Shown here: in pieces, positions 30,177-41,704 of the stretch
How positions within the stretch are numbered: the stretch's first letter is position 1
Layout: each line of letters opens with the position of its first letter
Assembly: GCA_048938855.1 (NCBI GenBank)
Contig: JBHLLT010000006.1
Location: 1-64,000, forward strand
Origin: Promethearchaeota archaeon
GTDB lineage: Archaea; Asgardarchaeota; Lokiarchaeia; Sigyniarchaeales; SOKP01
Length of the DNA stretch: 64,000 nt
Direction: 5' to 3'
Made by a program: the position numbers and the translations under genes
The notes under the pieces: generated by a model
Database searches by the model: none
Seen by the model: the letters and a program-made list of their open reading frames with translations, nothing else
Told to the model about the DNA's origin: nothing

Positions 30177-30656
30177 TTAAGGCCTGTTTTTAAAATACAA
30201 AATAGCTTTAGCAATATCTCCATTATATTCTTTTAATATTGTCTCTGCTTCTTGTTTATCTACGTTTGCTTGTGTAGCAACTAACATAATATCATTTTCT
30301 GTTATAGTTGCCTTCATTTCAGTTTCTTCTAATTGAGTAAGTTCATCAGATGTTCCTCCAGTTTCAATTATCAATTCCTCGGGTGATACTTCTTCTCCTT
30401 GTCCAATCACTTGATACATTTCTTGACCTGCTTGTTTCATAAGAAAAACTTCGGGTTGTTCTATTATTAAAGTCTTTTCTGGTCCCTCTATTATAACTCT
30501 TGTGGCATCAATTTGATCCATATCTATACCTTGCTGTGCCATTCTTCTCCGCATCTGTCTAGACCCAAACTGTTGTCCATCTCGCTTTGCTACTGGTTGA
30601 GGTCTTTTAGGTTTATTTTTTGCTTTATTTTGCATTTCTTTTGGTAATTTTACCAA
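30177..30656 (-). CDS. nac: Archaeal nascent polypeptide-associated complex protein
   Basis: RQMRRRMAQQGID...RVII...YQVIG; UBA-like 'DIMLVATQANV...GDIAKAIL'. Confidence 0.93.
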   Translation of the reverse strand: MVKLPKEMQNKAKNKPKRPQPVAKRDGQQFGSRQMRRRMAQQGIDMDQIDATRVIIEGPEKTLIIEQPEVFLMKQAGQEMYQVIGQGEEVSPEELIIETGGTSDELTQLEETEMKATITENDIMLVATQANVDKQEAETILKEYNGDIAKAILYFKNRP

Positions 30657-30708
30657 TTTTTATCACTTTAATTTGAGTTATTTTGTAATTTATATAATAA
30701 TTTGAAAT

Positions 30709-31200
30709 TTAAATTTTTGACTTATAAATCCCTTTTCTTATATTAATAGCAATCCCTACAGAAAAGTCTTTTATATATGGAACAGGTACCTTTAATTTAC
30801 CAATACCTAACAACTCATCATCTTGATTTACAACAATTACTTCATCTAAAGGTCTTAGTGTGTTATCAATATTGACAACATGTTTACAAAAAACATTTCT
30901 TCCTTTTTTAATGAATTCTGAAATTTCATTTAATACAACTACTCTTAATTTTGGAACTAAAGTATTCTCAATTATTTTTTTAGCTGAAAAAAGACTTAAA
31001 GTAAAAAAACCATTTGTAGGTCTTAAAGTAAGTATCAAATGGTTTTGATAAAAAACATATTTAATTTTATTTGTTTTTGATGACCTTTCAAAAGAAATTT
31101 GATCTAAATCATCAAAAAGAATATCAGTAATCTCTTTCCCAAATTGATAATCTGAAATTCCTTGAATTTGTCTTAAACCTAATAATAAGTCTGTTTCCAT
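30709..31200 (-). CDS. PUA-domain RNA-binding protein (ArcTGT C-terminal-like)
   Basis: 'DYQFG', 'TLRPTNG', 'GRNVFCKHV', 'DEVIVV'. Confidence 0.85.
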   Translation of the reverse strand: METDLLLGLRQIQGISDYQFGKEITDILFDDLDQISFERSSKTNKIKYVFYQNHLILTLRPTNGFFTLSLFSAKKIIENTLVPKLRVVVLNEISEFIKKGRNVFCKHVVNIDNTLRPLDEVIVVNQDDELLGIGKLKVPVPYIKDFSVGIAINIRKGIYKSKI

Positions 31201-31257
31201 ATATCAATGATTCAAGTTATTAATTAAATTAAAAAAAGCATATGATATATAAATAGA

Positions 31258-32466
31258 TTATGAGTAGAGTCTGGATTCGATAAACTGATCCTTAACTTTA
31301 TTCATAACTTTATCTACAGCATCAAAAAAATCTTTGTTAACAATCATATCAGCATCTTTTCTAATGGCAAACATTCCTGCTTCTGTACATATAGCCTTGA
31401 TATCTGCTCCTGTTGCTCCTTCTGTTAGATTCACCAATCTTTTGAATTCAATTGAATCTTCGATATTTAGATTTCTTGTATGTATTTTGAATATTGCTCC
31501 TCTAGCCTCCTCATCAGGAATTGGAAACTCAATCATACGGTCGAATCTCCCTGGTCTTAATAGGGCGGGATCTAAAATATCAACCCTATTTGTAGCACCA
31601 ATAATTTTTACATCTCCTCTTTGTTCAAATCCATCTAATTCACTTAGTAATTGCATTAGGGTTCTTTGAACTTCTCTATCACCTGAGGTCGCTATCTTAA
31701 GTCGTTGAGAACCAATAGCATCTAATTCATCAATAAACAAGATGGTAGGGGCTTTATCTTTTGCCAAATTAAAAATCTCTCTAACTAAACGAGCACCTTC
31801 ACCAATGAATTTTTGGACTAATTCAGATCCAATAATTCGTATAAAAGTCGCTTCTGTTTCATGAGCAACTGCTTTTGCTAATAATGTCTTTCCAGTTCCT
31901 GGAGGACCGAATAATAATACTCCTTTGGGGGGTTCAATCCCAATTCTTTTAAATAATTCAGGTTTTTTCAAAGGCAATTCTACAGTCTCTCTTACTTCTT
32001 GCATTTGATCTTCTAAACCTCCAACATCGGAATATGAAATATCTGGAATTGAATCAATTACCTCCATACCTTTCACAAATGGATCTAATTTTGTAGGCAA
32101 AACCTCCATGATAGCAAATGTTCTTTGGTTTAATGCTACTCGTGTTCCCGGATCCAATTTTTCATTTTTGACTTTTCTGCTAGTATTAACAACAAAACTA
32201 GGTCCGGTTGAGCTTTTTACAATTGCTCTTCCTTTTTCATCTAAAAAATCAATAATAGTGGCAGAGACTAATGGTGGTTCTCTTAATCTATCAATTTCAT
32301 TTCTTAAACTATGGAGTTCTTGTTCCAGTCTTAGGCGTTCTGCATCTAATAATTGTTTTTCTGTTTCCAAATTTCTGAGTCGCTTTTCTAAATGCCTAGT
32401 ATAGGTTATTAGATATTCTCCATCTTTAGTTTCTTCTTTTTTCCGCTTTTCTTTAGTTGTAGTCAA
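31258..32466 (-). CDS. pan: Proteasome-activating nucleotidase
   Basis: Coiled coil plus OB plus AAA+: [27 protein letters not shown]. Confidence 0.97.
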   Translation of the reverse strand: MTTTKEKRKKEETKDGEYLITYTRHLEKRLRNLETEKQLLDAERLRLEQELHSLRNEIDRLREPPLVSATIIDFLDEKGRAIVKSSTGPSFVVNTSRKVKNEKLDPGTRVALNQRTFAIMEVLPTKLDPFVKGMEVIDSIPDISYSDVGGLEDQMQEVRETVELPLKKPELFKRIGIEPPKGVLLFGPPGTGKTLLAKAVAHETEATFIRIIGSELVQKFIGEGARLVREIFNLAKDKAPTILFIDELDAIGSQRLKIATSGDREVQRTLMQLLSELDGFEQRGDVKIIGATNRVDILDPALLRPGRFDRMIEFPIPDEEARGAIFKIHTRNLNIEDSIEFKRLVNLTEGATGADIKAICTEAGMFAIRKDADMIVNKDFFDAVDKVMNKVKDQFIESRLYS

Positions 32467-32706
32467 AAAAAGTATACCCCTTTCTTTCTTACTATAATTT
32501 ACTATTTTAAGAAAATGATTTAAATTATTAATAAACTTTTAATCATTTAAATTTAAGGCTAGTTCTATATTGTTTCTTAAAAATGTCGATTTTTAAAAAA
32601 TTTATACATTATAAAATATAATGAATGGAAAGCGTAAATTATAAGAATATCTAATTAAATTCTATATATATAACCTTTCTTTCAATAAAATTTTAAATAT
32701 TTATCA

Positions 32707-33240
32707 ATGCCAAAATCACGATATAATGAACTTGATAAGGAATGCCCCATATGTGGAAGCATTATTTGGGGAAAGGGTGAAAGAGTTTTACTAGAAGGAG
32801 CTAGAATAACGGTTTGTCATAATTGTGCTCAACATGGAATCAAAATTCAAAAAACCCCAACAAATACCCAAGCTAAGAACACATACCCAGATAATAAAAA
32901 ATTAGCACCCAAACGACAATCTGTTAAAAAAGATTCTATTAATAGTCTTGAGATAATACCTGATTATGCTAAAAAGATAAAAGCTAAGAGGAGTTCTCTT
33001 GGATTAAACCAAGATCAATTTGCTCAGAGATTAAATGAGAAACCTTCATTACTGAGAAGAATTGAAGCGGGAAAAGTTGAACCTACAATAAAATTGGCAA
33101 AGAAGATAGAAGATGTCTATAAAATTAAAATTCTAAAAAAATCCGATGAGATCGAAGCTAATGTTCAAAATAATAAATACATGAAGAAAACCACCGGTAC
33201 ATCTCTTGGTGATATTGCTTTCATTAAAAAAAAGAAGTAG
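32707..33240 (+). CDS. mbf1: Archaeal multiprotein bridging factor 1
   Basis: CPICG...LEGA...VCHNC Zn ribbon, HTH, terminal 'SLGD'. Confidence 0.92.
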   Translation: MPKSRYNELDKECPICGSIIWGKGERVLLEGARITVCHNCAQHGIKIQKTPTNTQAKNTYPDNKKLAPKRQSVKKDSINSLEIIPDYAKKIKAKRSSLGLNQDQFAQRLNEKPSLLRRIEAGKVEPTIKLAKKIEDVYKIKILKKSDEIEANVQNNKYMKKTTGTSLGDIAFIKKKK

Positions 33241-33267
33241 ACTCATGTATATATAAAGATCCTTATT

Positions 33268-35310
33268 TTAAATGTCAATTTTCTCTATTTTTACTATTGC
33301 TGAATTAAACACTCCAGAAAAACCTAACTCTTCTGGTTCATCAGGAATAAAAAAATTAACATTTATACCTTCTTGTGTACTAGATGATAATCCAGAATAG
33401 ATTAATGCAGTTCTAGGTTTCAATTTTTGAGATTCTGCTAAAATATATATACCAGATCCATATTCATTAGAGACTTTAACTTTGGATCCTTCTTCCAAAT
33501 CTAAAATTTGAATATCTTTAGATGTTAAGAAGATTTTACTAAATTCATTTAAATATCTTTGATTTATTTGCCCCAATTGTGAATGTAAGAAGTGGAAATG
33601 AGAGGGAGATATAAGTATAAACTCATTTTTTTCCATATTTAATTTGCGCATTAATTCGTTTTCACCAAATGTAAAATTCGACCCCAACACTTGAATTCTG
33701 TTATTAAAAGTCGGCCATTGTAAATCACTGAATGGAACGGAATCCAATCCAAATAATAAATAATAACCTTTAGACTGAAGATTTTCTTGAATTTTTGAGG
33801 GTAACATTCTTATACTGTTTCTAAAAATTGTTTCTTCAGATTCTTGGAATATATCATGGTTTTTAAAGTCGAACTCCTGTGTTAACTGTTGAAAGAATTC
33901 ATAATTTGAAAGACAATTTTGATATGGGCAAGGTCCTCCAATATTAATCGATAATCCAGGGATATAATAAGGAGATATTAAATCAAATGATTCCACATCA
34001 AATTTGACAGGAATTACAATATCAGCATACTTAGTAGTTTCATTGAGAAACATATCCAATACAATAATATATAAATCATCTCTTAAAAACGCACTTCTTA
34101 ATAAATTTTGATTTGGTAGGGAACTTGCGGGATTGAAATTATAAATAAATAGCATTCTATAAATCCCAGAAGAGAGCACATTTCCTAGGTTAATTATCGG
34201 AATTTCAGTCATTTTCGATTCTCCTTTAATATTAGTTATATATTCTCTAAGAGGTTGAAGTAACGGTTTCATAAAATCACTCTGGGAATATATTATTCCA
34301 GTACCCGTCTTTCCTAAGTTTCCTAGCATAATCTGAATTAAAGCAATACATTTTACTATCTTTCCACCAAAAAAATCTTTCTGAACACCATATCCAATGT
34401 TAAAAATAGTATGGTGCTTGAATTTTATCATAAATTCAACAAAAAGTTTAAAGCTTTGAATATCAATTCCAATTTGCTTCAGAAGTTCCATTTTTTCGAC
34501 TTTAACTGTTTCCTGAATAATTGAAGAGTAAGATTCAACATTTTCAATTAGGAAAACTTCATCATGCGCGTGATTAGCAATTATTTCATTAATAGTCAAC
34601 TTAACTAATAAATGATCAGTTCCCGGAAAGATATGTAAAAATAAATGAGCCTTTTGGGATATTATTGTTTCTCTTGAATCCACAACCACAAGTTTAATTC
34701 CATTTTTTAATGCTTTTTTAACTAAGTAATATGCATGATTATTACTCTCAGATAAATTGCTACCCCAAATCACTATTAATTTGGTTGAGGGATTTATTAT
34801 CTGAAAAGGATTTGTGGTAGAATATGTACCGAATAACTCTTTGAGTCCTGCACATCCTCCTTCATTGCAAATTCCTCCGTTTGTTATAGATGCACCTAAT
34901 TTTTCAAAAAATCGTAAAGGAGCATACTGAGATATTATTCCAGAGTTCCCTGAATAGAAAGCACCCAAAATAGAATTAGAATTATCTTTTTCTCGAATTT
35001 CTTTTAGTCTTTCTGCAATAAGGTTAATTCCTTCTTTTAATGAAATTTCTTCAAATTGGTTTCCAGGTTTAGGCCCAGATCGGATTAATGGAGTTTTCAA
35101 ACGTTCTGGATGATATATTAAACTCTCTCGATTTTTAAATTTTGGACAAAAAAAACCATTAGTAAACGGATGATTTTTAGAAGGAATTGCAAATAGAAAT
35201 TTATGTTCTAATGCCTTATCATCCCAATATCCTTCAAAAACGCATGAACCGTAACAGTCTTTTGAGCAAGTACCAAATCTAGTTTTATCAAATGGGTGAT
35301 TTAAGTTCAT
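33268..35310 (-). CDS. Molybdopterin-dependent oxidoreductase (DMSO reductase superfamily, uncharacterised subfamily)
   Basis: CSKDCYGSC...HPFTNGFFCPK, ERLKTPL, WGSN, PGTD, 'DMFLNETTKYADIVIP'. Confidence 0.88.
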   Translation of the reverse strand: MNLNHPFDKTRFGTCSKDCYGSCVFEGYWDDKALEHKFLFAIPSKNHPFTNGFFCPKFKNRESLIYHPERLKTPLIRSGPKPGNQFEEISLKEGINLIAERLKEIREKDNSNSILGAFYSGNSGIISQYAPLRFFEKLGASITNGGICNEGGCAGLKELFGTYSTTNPFQIINPSTKLIVIWGSNLSESNNHAYYLVKKALKNGIKLVVVDSRETIISQKAHLFLHIFPGTDHLLVKLTINEIIANHAHDEVFLIENVESYSSIIQETVKVEKMELLKQIGIDIQSFKLFVEFMIKFKHHTIFNIGYGVQKDFFGGKIVKCIALIQIMLGNLGKTGTGIIYSQSDFMKPLLQPLREYITNIKGESKMTEIPIINLGNVLSSGIYRMLFIYNFNPASSLPNQNLLRSAFLRDDLYIIVLDMFLNETTKYADIVIPVKFDVESFDLISPYYIPGLSINIGGPCPYQNCLSNYEFFQQLTQEFDFKNHDIFQESEETIFRNSIRMLPSKIQENLQSKGYYLLFGLDSVPFSDLQWPTFNNRIQVLGSNFTFGENELMRKLNMEKNEFILISPSHFHFLHSQLGQINQRYLNEFSKIFLTSKDIQILDLEEGSKVKVSNEYGSGIYILAESQKLKPRTALIYSGLSSSTQEGINVNFFIPDEPEELGFSGVFNSAIVKIEKIDI

Positions 35311-35398
35311 ATAAATTTAAATTAAATTGTAAAAAAGATAATATTCTAATTAAACATATCTGTTCTAATAATATTTTTGGTAATCAGAATTAATTCTT

Positions 35399-35989
35399 TT
35401 AATCAATAGAAATTCTAGTGTTTTGAACTTGTGCAATCTTATTCTTTAATAATTTAATAATTGCTTGATTATCTTGAGCTTCAAGAGAACCTCCACAGTC
35501 GGGGCATCTAAAATTAAGCTCAAATGCTTCATCAAAATTATATTTAATGTTCGATTCTTGACAGTTATAGCATATAAAGAAATAGTTATTCTGTTCAAAT
35601 TGTAACCTATCTCGTAATTTACCATCAATCAACTTCTTCTTTTCAATAAGAATTTCTTCAAGCAAATCAAATTCATGCCACCAATAGTAGATAAACCATC
35701 CTGTTGATTTATCTCTTATGCGTCTGAATTGGGCAAGTTTTTCTGAATAAAGTTTATAAAGTGTTTTACGCACTGTATTTAATTTTAGAATTTCGGCGTC
35801 ATCAGGTTCAAAGTCAACATCTGTACCTTCAATACTCTCTTTTATGTTTTCTGTAATATCTTCATCTGTTATATCCTCAGATTCAGAATTTAAAAGTTCC
35901 ATTCCAACATATATTGCGATTTCACCGCCAATAATATATAAAAAAGATCGTAAGAAAGGATTTAATTCTTTAATATGATTTGGCCTCAT
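35399..35989 (-). CDS. tfe: Transcription factor E, alpha subunit
   Basis: 'LNTVRKTLYKLY', 'RDKSTGWFIYYW', 'FDEAFELNFRCPDCG'. Confidence 0.93.
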   Translation of the reverse strand: MRPNHIKELNPFLRSFLYIIGGEIAIYVGMELLNSESEDITDEDITENIKESIEGTDVDFEPDDAEILKLNTVRKTLYKLYSEKLAQFRRIRDKSTGWFIYYWWHEFDLLEEILIEKKKLIDGKLRDRLQFEQNNYFFICYNCQESNIKYNFDEAFELNFRCPDCGGSLEAQDNQAIIKLLKNKIAQVQNTRISID

Positions 35990-36079
35990 TCACTTTATCA
36001 TTTTAAATTTAATAAATAAATCTTTGATAAAAATTAAATTTTTGTGAAAATTCTACTTATAAACCATTAAACTTAATCT

Positions 36080-36862
36080 TTAAACAATAATTGAATATTG
36101 TTTTTCTATAATTTCCCCATCAATATCTAAGCTACGAAACATTTTCCCTTTTCTTATTGACATTATTCTTAACAATTTTGAATTTGAAATATTTTTGGGG
36201 ATTTCTATATCTGCAATTTTATAATTATTAAAGATAGTAATTGACTTCCAATTTTTTGGGAGATCAGTTCTAAAATCGTGTAAAGCATTATTTATTAAAT
36301 TATTAAGATTTTTTTCTGAATTTGCCATATATCCTGTACAAAATTGAATCCTTTTACTTACATCATCTTCTTCTATTTTCTTTTTAGATGGTTGTGGTAA
36401 ATTTTTTTTGGTAGTCACCTTACAATTTGGATTCAAATTGAATGAAATTAAAAAGTAACTAGTCTCCCGAAATGCCTCAATACATTGCAATAAAGAATCT
36501 TTTTTAACGGAATCAATAATTTCTGCTTTAAAATTTTTTGTTTGCCCTGAAGATTGCTTGAGATCCCAAGTAAATCCTAAATTAGAAATAATATCAGTAA
36601 TATCGGAACCACTGATTAATTTTCCTTTAATTTCAAAATTATCAGTTGGATTTGACATCCCACTAGTTACTAATTCTTGGATCAAATCCTCGTATTCATG
36701 GCTTCCCTTCAGTGTAAATTTTGCTTTTGTCTGGCTTATTTTCAAAGCTGGACCAATAAAATCTCCTCTTGAATATCTGTAAAAATGCCGATGAATATCC
36801 ATATGATTATTTGCGGGATCTTCCAAAAGTGGAGTTTCAACAATTTTTTTAAGAAAATGCAT
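36080..36862 (-). CDS. Conserved hypothetical protein upstream of tfe
   Basis: Intact 260-aa ORF; 'HRHFYRYSRGDFIGP' N-terminal motif. Confidence 0.7.
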   Translation of the reverse strand: MHFLKKIVETPLLEDPANNHMDIHRHFYRYSRGDFIGPALKISQTKAKFTLKGSHEYEDLIQELVTSGMSNPTDNFEIKGKLISGSDITDIISNLGFTWDLKQSSGQTKNFKAEIIDSVKKDSLLQCIEAFRETSYFLISFNLNPNCKVTTKKNLPQPSKKKIEEDDVSKRIQFCTGYMANSEKNLNNLINNALHDFRTDLPKNWKSITIFNNYKIADIEIPKNISNSKLLRIMSIRKGKMFRSLDIDGEIIEKQYSIIV

Positions 36863-37016
36863 CTTATCTATTCATTTAATTTTCTATAAATTTAATTCTA
36901 ATTTTATTTAATAAATATCAAAAGATTATAATTATAAATTTTATTCATTAATAAAATTAAAAAAAAATAAATCATAACTAAAAATACAGATTACAAAAAA
37001 AAAAAATGTATGCAAT

Positions 37017-37217
37017 ATGACTGATATTCCATCCCTAACAATTTGGTCCTTAGCGTGGGTTTTTCTAATTATAGGGCTAATAACCTTAACGATTTTAGTC
37101 ATATATACTAAGTATGGGAGAGAAATTTCAATTAAGTTATCCATCATTAACGCGGTAATTTCAGCTGTATTTTTAGCTTTTGCTTTTCATTTTTTGTTGC
37201 TTTCATGGGGTTATTAA
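37017..37217 (+). CDS. Small two-TM membrane protein
   Basis: Two hydrophobic helices. Confidence 0.6.
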   Translation: MTDIPSLTIWSLAWVFLIIGLITLTILVIYTKYGREISIKLSIINAVISAVFLAFAFHFLLLSWGY

Positions 37218-37373
37218 ATAAAAAATTGTCTTTTGCTCTATTATATTTTAATAACTTCTATAATTCTCAATTTCCATAACTTTTTAAATTAATTTGTTAA
37301 TATTTAAAAAAGATGAAAATTTTTTCTCTTTAATCAAATTTTCTTCAATCTAATATAAAAAAAGGAAAATAAA

Positions 37374-37793
37374 ATGTTATTTCAGTTAGATCCTATTATT
37401 TGGTTTATAATATGGCTTGTCTTAGCGACCGTAATAGTGGCGTTAATCTTATTTATTGTTGTCTTATTAATTGTATCGAAGACTAAAGCCTCTGATAAAA
37501 AGTTTATAATTATTTTACTTGCTTTTATCTTTGTACTTGTAATTCCGGTAGTTTTAGGGGCAATTAGTACTGTATTTGGGGTATTTAATGGAATCCCATG
37601 GAGTGATGGAAATTACTTAATGCTTTTGGTGCCGATCATCGGTTTTCTAATAATCTTGATTTTAACTAAATACCTTTTAGATGTTGCTTGGGATAAGGCT
37701 GTTTGGATATCTTTGTTAACTCTATTTATATTATTCCTACTCTATACTCTGATACCTGGATTAGCTTCTTTTCTAGGATTTGTACTGGCATAA
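37374..37793 (+). CDS. Four-TM membrane protein
   Basis: Four hydrophobic segments. Confidence 0.75.
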   Translation: MLFQLDPIIWFIIWLVLATVIVALILFIVVLLIVSKTKASDKKFIIILLAFIFVLVIPVVLGAISTVFGVFNGIPWSDGNYLMLLVPIIGFLIILILTKYLLDVAWDKAVWISLLTLFILFLLYTLIPGLASFLGFVLA

Positions 37794-37819
37794 ATCAAAA
37801 ACTTTTTTAATAAATTAAT

Positions 37820-37847
37820 TTTTATTTTTTTTTTTCCAACTTTTTTG
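37820..37847 (+). terminator. Oligo-T terminator-like tract between convergent genes
   Basis: T-run just downstream of the 37793 stop. Confidence 0.4.
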
Positions 37848-37926
37848 ATTGACTTTAAGATGAAAAAAGGTATCTTAAGAATTAAAATGAGGATAATAAT
37901 AAGAAATATGAAAGTAATTCCAAGTT

Positions 37927-40900
37927 TTAGATTTTTTCCTTTAATTTTAAACGGGGAGCTAAACCTAAACTCATCATTTCCTGTAATAATAATTTAAAAG
38001 CGTATGAACAAACAACTTTGGAAATTATCGTTCCTTCTCCACAAACTGGGCAATATCGTTTATCTCTATTTCTATCATAAACGGCAAGCAGTCCACATTT
38101 TTCACAGACTAATATTACTGTTCGATCTGATTCATCTAAAAGACGTTCTTTTAATAACAATGCTGAACCATGTCCAACTAAACAGTCTCTCTCCATTTCA
38201 CCGAATCTCAATCCTCCTTCACGAGCACGACCCTCTGTTGGTTGTCTTGTTAAAATTTGTACTGGACCTCTTGCTCTAGCATGAAGTTTATCTGCAACTA
38301 AGTGATATAACTTTTGATAATAAATTGGAGCGCAATATATTCCTGCTTCATACTTTTCTCCAGTAATACCATTATACATCACTTCTCTTCCATTGAATTC
38401 AAATCCTGCTGCTACTAATTGTTCCTGAAGCTTAGTAATATCGGTCCACTCAAAAGCGGTTGCATCTCCTAATTTTCCGGTTGTACACGCAATTTTACCA
38501 CTGATACCTTCAAAAAGCTGTCCTAAGGTCATTCTTGAAGGCATAGCGTGGGGATTTACAATTATATCTGGAATTACACCAGAAGCAGTGTAGGGCATAT
38601 CAGCTTGTTCAACAACTAGTCCTAATACTCCCTTTTGCCCATGGCGTGAAGAAAATTTATCTCCTAATTCTGGAATTCTTAGATCTCTAACCTTTATTTT
38701 AACTAGTTTATTTCCGTCAACGGTTTCTGAAATTATTACAGTATCAACTATTCCTTGTTCATTATGGCGCATATTTTTTGATGTTTCACGTCTATTTGGC
38801 TGCATTAGTTCAAATTCTTCATATGACTTAATGAATCTAGGTGGTGAAGTTCTTCCTATTAGGACATCTCCTCCATTAACTTGTGTTTCAGGTTCAATAA
38901 TTCCATCAACTTCTGATAATAATCTGTAGGATTCAGCAGATTTAAATCCTCTTACACCTCTCTCTGGAATCTCAAACTTATCGACTTCTCCTCCGGGATA
39001 TTTTCTCTCTTCAGCATCATAAGTTCTAAAGAAATGACTACGAGCAAGACCTCTCTCTATTGATGCTTTATTTATAATAATTGCATCTTCTATGTTAAAA
39101 CCTTCAAAACTCATCATAGCAATAATAAAATTTTGACCAGCAGGTCTTTGATTTATCCCAATAATCTCCATTGGACTTGTTTTTACTAAGGGTTGTTGAG
39201 GATAATGTAAGGTGTGTCCTCGAGTGTCTAATCTTAAATGCATGTTCGCTGCAAATAAACCTAAAGCTTGCTTTACCATCCCCGCTTCATAAGTATTTCT
39301 AGGAGATTGGTTATGTTCTGGAAATGGAATTATAGAAGCACAAATTCCCAATATTGCTGCTGGTGATATCTCTAAATGAGTATGTTCAAGGGTAATATCT
39401 TCTTCAAACATTGCGATATAAGCATTCTCCTCTTCTTCAGCATCTAAATATTCAATAACACCCTTATGGACTAAGTCTGACCAAATAAATTTTTTTTGCC
39501 TAATCTTTTCAATATCTTCTTTTGAAACAAGCAGATTCTTATTTTTTAAAACAAATAGAGGTCGAGTAGCTCTACCTGCATCACAATTAATTTGAATTTC
39601 TTTTGAGTCATGATAATAACCAATGTTTACATGTTGTCCAATCTCTCCTTTTCTTCTTTTTTCTCGTAATTGGCGAATAAAAGGATTATGTTGTTGATGG
39701 ATTCCTACTAATTTCCCGTTTAAAAACACCTTGATTTTCTCTCCCTTCACATTCTTGACTTCATTGATCGGAATAACCCCTAAATCGATTAAGATATTTT
39801 CAATAATTCTTTCATCAGTTCCAACAGATATTATTGATGCTAATCCAAGGTTCTTAACTAAACCGCAATTAGGACCTTCTGGAGTTTCAGCTGGACAGAT
39901 TTTGCCCCATTGAGTTGGATGTAAATCTCTAGCTTCAAAGTGTGGCTGACTACGGCTTAATGGCGAAATTACTCGTCTTAAATGGCTTAAAGTACCAACA
40001 TGATTAGTTCGATTCAAAAGTTGGCTAACTCCTGCTTTTCCTCCAACCCAATTACCTGTTGCCAATGCGTGTCTAATTCTTTCAGTTATTACGTCTGCTC
40101 TTACAGCCGTTTTAATATTTGGGGCTCTTCCTCTAACAGCTGTTCTTTCTAATTGATATTTTATATCTTTAACCAGATTTAAGAATGCAACTCTAAATAA
40201 AGAAGTAAATAATTCTCCTGCTAATTTTAACCTTTTATTTGCATAGTGATCTTTATCATCTGGCTCTCGGAGCCCTAAAGCAAGTTCCATTACTTTTTGA
40301 GCCATCTGTCCTAAGTAATAAGCTTTTTTAATTCTATCTTCTTCTGCATTTCCTATATGAGGTAAAAGATATCTATCTAGAACTTGAAGAGCTCTCCTAA
40401 TACGATAATCTTTAGTTTGTCCAATCGCTACTCTTTTTCCGATATAATCCAGCGCATTTTGTTGAGATTTTTCTGGATCTTTTAAAACTTGGATCTCTGA
40501 AGCTACATCTATTACTGGAATCAGTTCTTTCTGGATTTCCTCATTTTCAGATATTGCTTCAAAAATTTCTCTGTCTGAATGTAATCCTAAAGATCTCATA
40601 AGAATTGCTAAAGGGATTTTACCTGGGACTGATGGAAATGAAACTCGTAAATTACCATCTTTTTTCCTTTCAATTGTAACTGGTGCTCGAAATCCACTTC
40701 TCGTTGAAAAAACTTTCGCTTGATGGGTTGCACTCGAACTTCTACTCGCCTCTTCGGCAAGAATTCTATTAGGTGCTAAATCTTCCTGAGTAACGAGAAC
40801 TCGTTCAGTTCCGTTTATTATAAAATATCCGCCCGGATCTAATGGATCTTCTCCTCTATTTATTAATTCATGTTCAGAAAGGCTTTCTAAGGGGCAACGG

Positions 40901-41298
40901 CAACTCTTAAGCATTATTGGAATTTTTCCTATGTATATATCAAGAGTTTCTTCCGCTTCTTCTCTCTGTGTTCGCTCATCAATTGTTATAGGAGTCATTT
41001 CTAATGTAATATCAGCCGCATAACTAAGTTCTCTAATCCTCGCTTCTATTGGAGTGATTTCCATAGTAGCACCATCAGCTTCTCTTACTTTTGGTATCCC
41101 AACTTTAATTTTTCCAAATTTTATTTTAAAACCAGGTATATCAGGAATAACTTCGCCAGATTCATCTACAATGGTTTGCATTTCATATTCAATAAAATTA
41201 TTGTAAGAATCTAAATGTTGACGAACTAATCCCTTCTCATCAAATAAACTCTTTAAAATAACCCATTTATCAGAATTTGATAATTTTCCAGAACTCAA
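37927..41298 (-). CDS. rpoB: DNA-directed RNA polymerase subunit B (unsplit Rpo2)
   Basis: GGYFIINGTERV, ETPEG, GDKFSSRHGQKG, YYQKLYHLV, GGLRFGEMERD. Confidence 0.98.
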   Translation of the reverse strand: MSSGKLSNSDKWVILKSLFDEKGLVRQHLDSYNNFIEYEMQTIVDESGEVIPDIPGFKIKFGKIKVGIPKVREADGATMEITPIEARIRELSYAADITLEMTPITIDERTQREEAEETLDIYIGKIPIMLKSCRCPLESLSEHELINRGEDPLDPGGYFIINGTERVLVTQEDLAPNRILAEEASRSSSATHQAKVFSTRSGFRAPVTIERKKDGNLRVSFPSVPGKIPLAILMRSLGLHSDREIFEAISENEEIQKELIPVIDVASEIQVLKDPEKSQQNALDYIGKRVAIGQTKDYRIRRALQVLDRYLLPHIGNAEEDRIKKAYYLGQMAQKVMELALGLREPDDKDHYANKRLKLAGELFTSLFRVAFLNLVKDIKYQLERTAVRGRAPNIKTAVRADVITERIRHALATGNWVGGKAGVSQLLNRTNHVGTLSHLRRVISPLSRSQPHFEARDLHPTQWGKICPAETPEGPNCGLVKNLGLASIISVGTDERIIENILIDLGVIPINEVKNVKGEKIKVFLNGKLVGIHQQHNPFIRQLREKRRKGEIGQHVNIGYYHDSKEIQINCDAGRATRPLFVLKNKNLLVSKEDIEKIRQKKFIWSDLVHKGVIEYLDAEEEENAYIAMFEEDITLEHTHLEISPAAILGICASIIPFPEHNQSPRNTYEAGMVKQALGLFAANMHLRLDTRGHTLHYPQQPLVKTSPMEIIGINQRPAGQNFIIAMMSFEGFNIEDAIIINKASIERGLARSHFFRTYDAEERKYPGGEVDKFEIPERGVRGFKSAESYRLLSEVDGIIEPETQVNGGDVLIGRTSPPRFIKSYEEFELMQPNRRETSKNMRHNEQGIVDTVIISETVDGNKLVKIKVRDLRIPELGDKFSSRHGQKGVLGLVVEQADMPYTASGVIPDIIVNPHAMPSRMTLGQLFEGISGKIACTTGKLGDATAFEWTDITKLQEQLVAAGFEFNGREVMYNGITGEKYEAGIYCAPIYYQKLYHLVADKLHARARGPVQILTRQPTEGRAREGGLRFGEMERDCLVGHGSALLLKERLLDESDRTVILVCEKCGLLAVYDRNRDKRYCPVCGEGTIISKVVCSYAFKLLLQEMMSLGLAPRLKLKEKI

Positions 41299-41344
41299 AA
41301 TACAATAAACCTTATTATTTTTTATTTTTTTAAAAAAACCAGTT

Positions 41345-41602
41345 TTAGACTTTTTCCTTTTTTACATATCGATAATAATTTACTGATTTAACCGTTGTAT
41401 CGGAATCTCTTGTAATTTTTATTATATCTCCTTCTTTTGCTCCAATAGCAATCGCAACAGGATCTTTTTCAAATATTTGAGGTAAGTCATTTACGTCAAT
41501 GCGAAATGTCTCTAAAAGATTTTGTGATTCTTCTTTAGTTAAAAGAACATGTCTAGGGACGAATTTATGTAGTAAAACATCAATCTGTTTCTTTTTAGTC
41601 AA
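41345..41602 (-). CDS. rpoH: DNA-directed RNA polymerase subunit H (Rpo5)
   Basis: HKFVPRH, LPQI...DPV...GDIIKITR...YYRYV; likely start TTG 41602 (track 41641). Confidence 0.95.
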   Translation of the reverse strand: MTKKKQIDVLLHKFVPRHVLLTKEESQNLLETFRIDVNDLPQIFEKDPVAIAIGAKEGDIIKITRDSDTTVKSVNYYRYVKKEKV

Positions 41603-41704
41603 GGAAAAATCCTCACTTTTTAAAAAATGATAGATATACAAATGATACTAATCTAAAAAATTTTTCGTTTATTTTATCTTTACCAATGAGAATTAATTGA
41701 TTTG

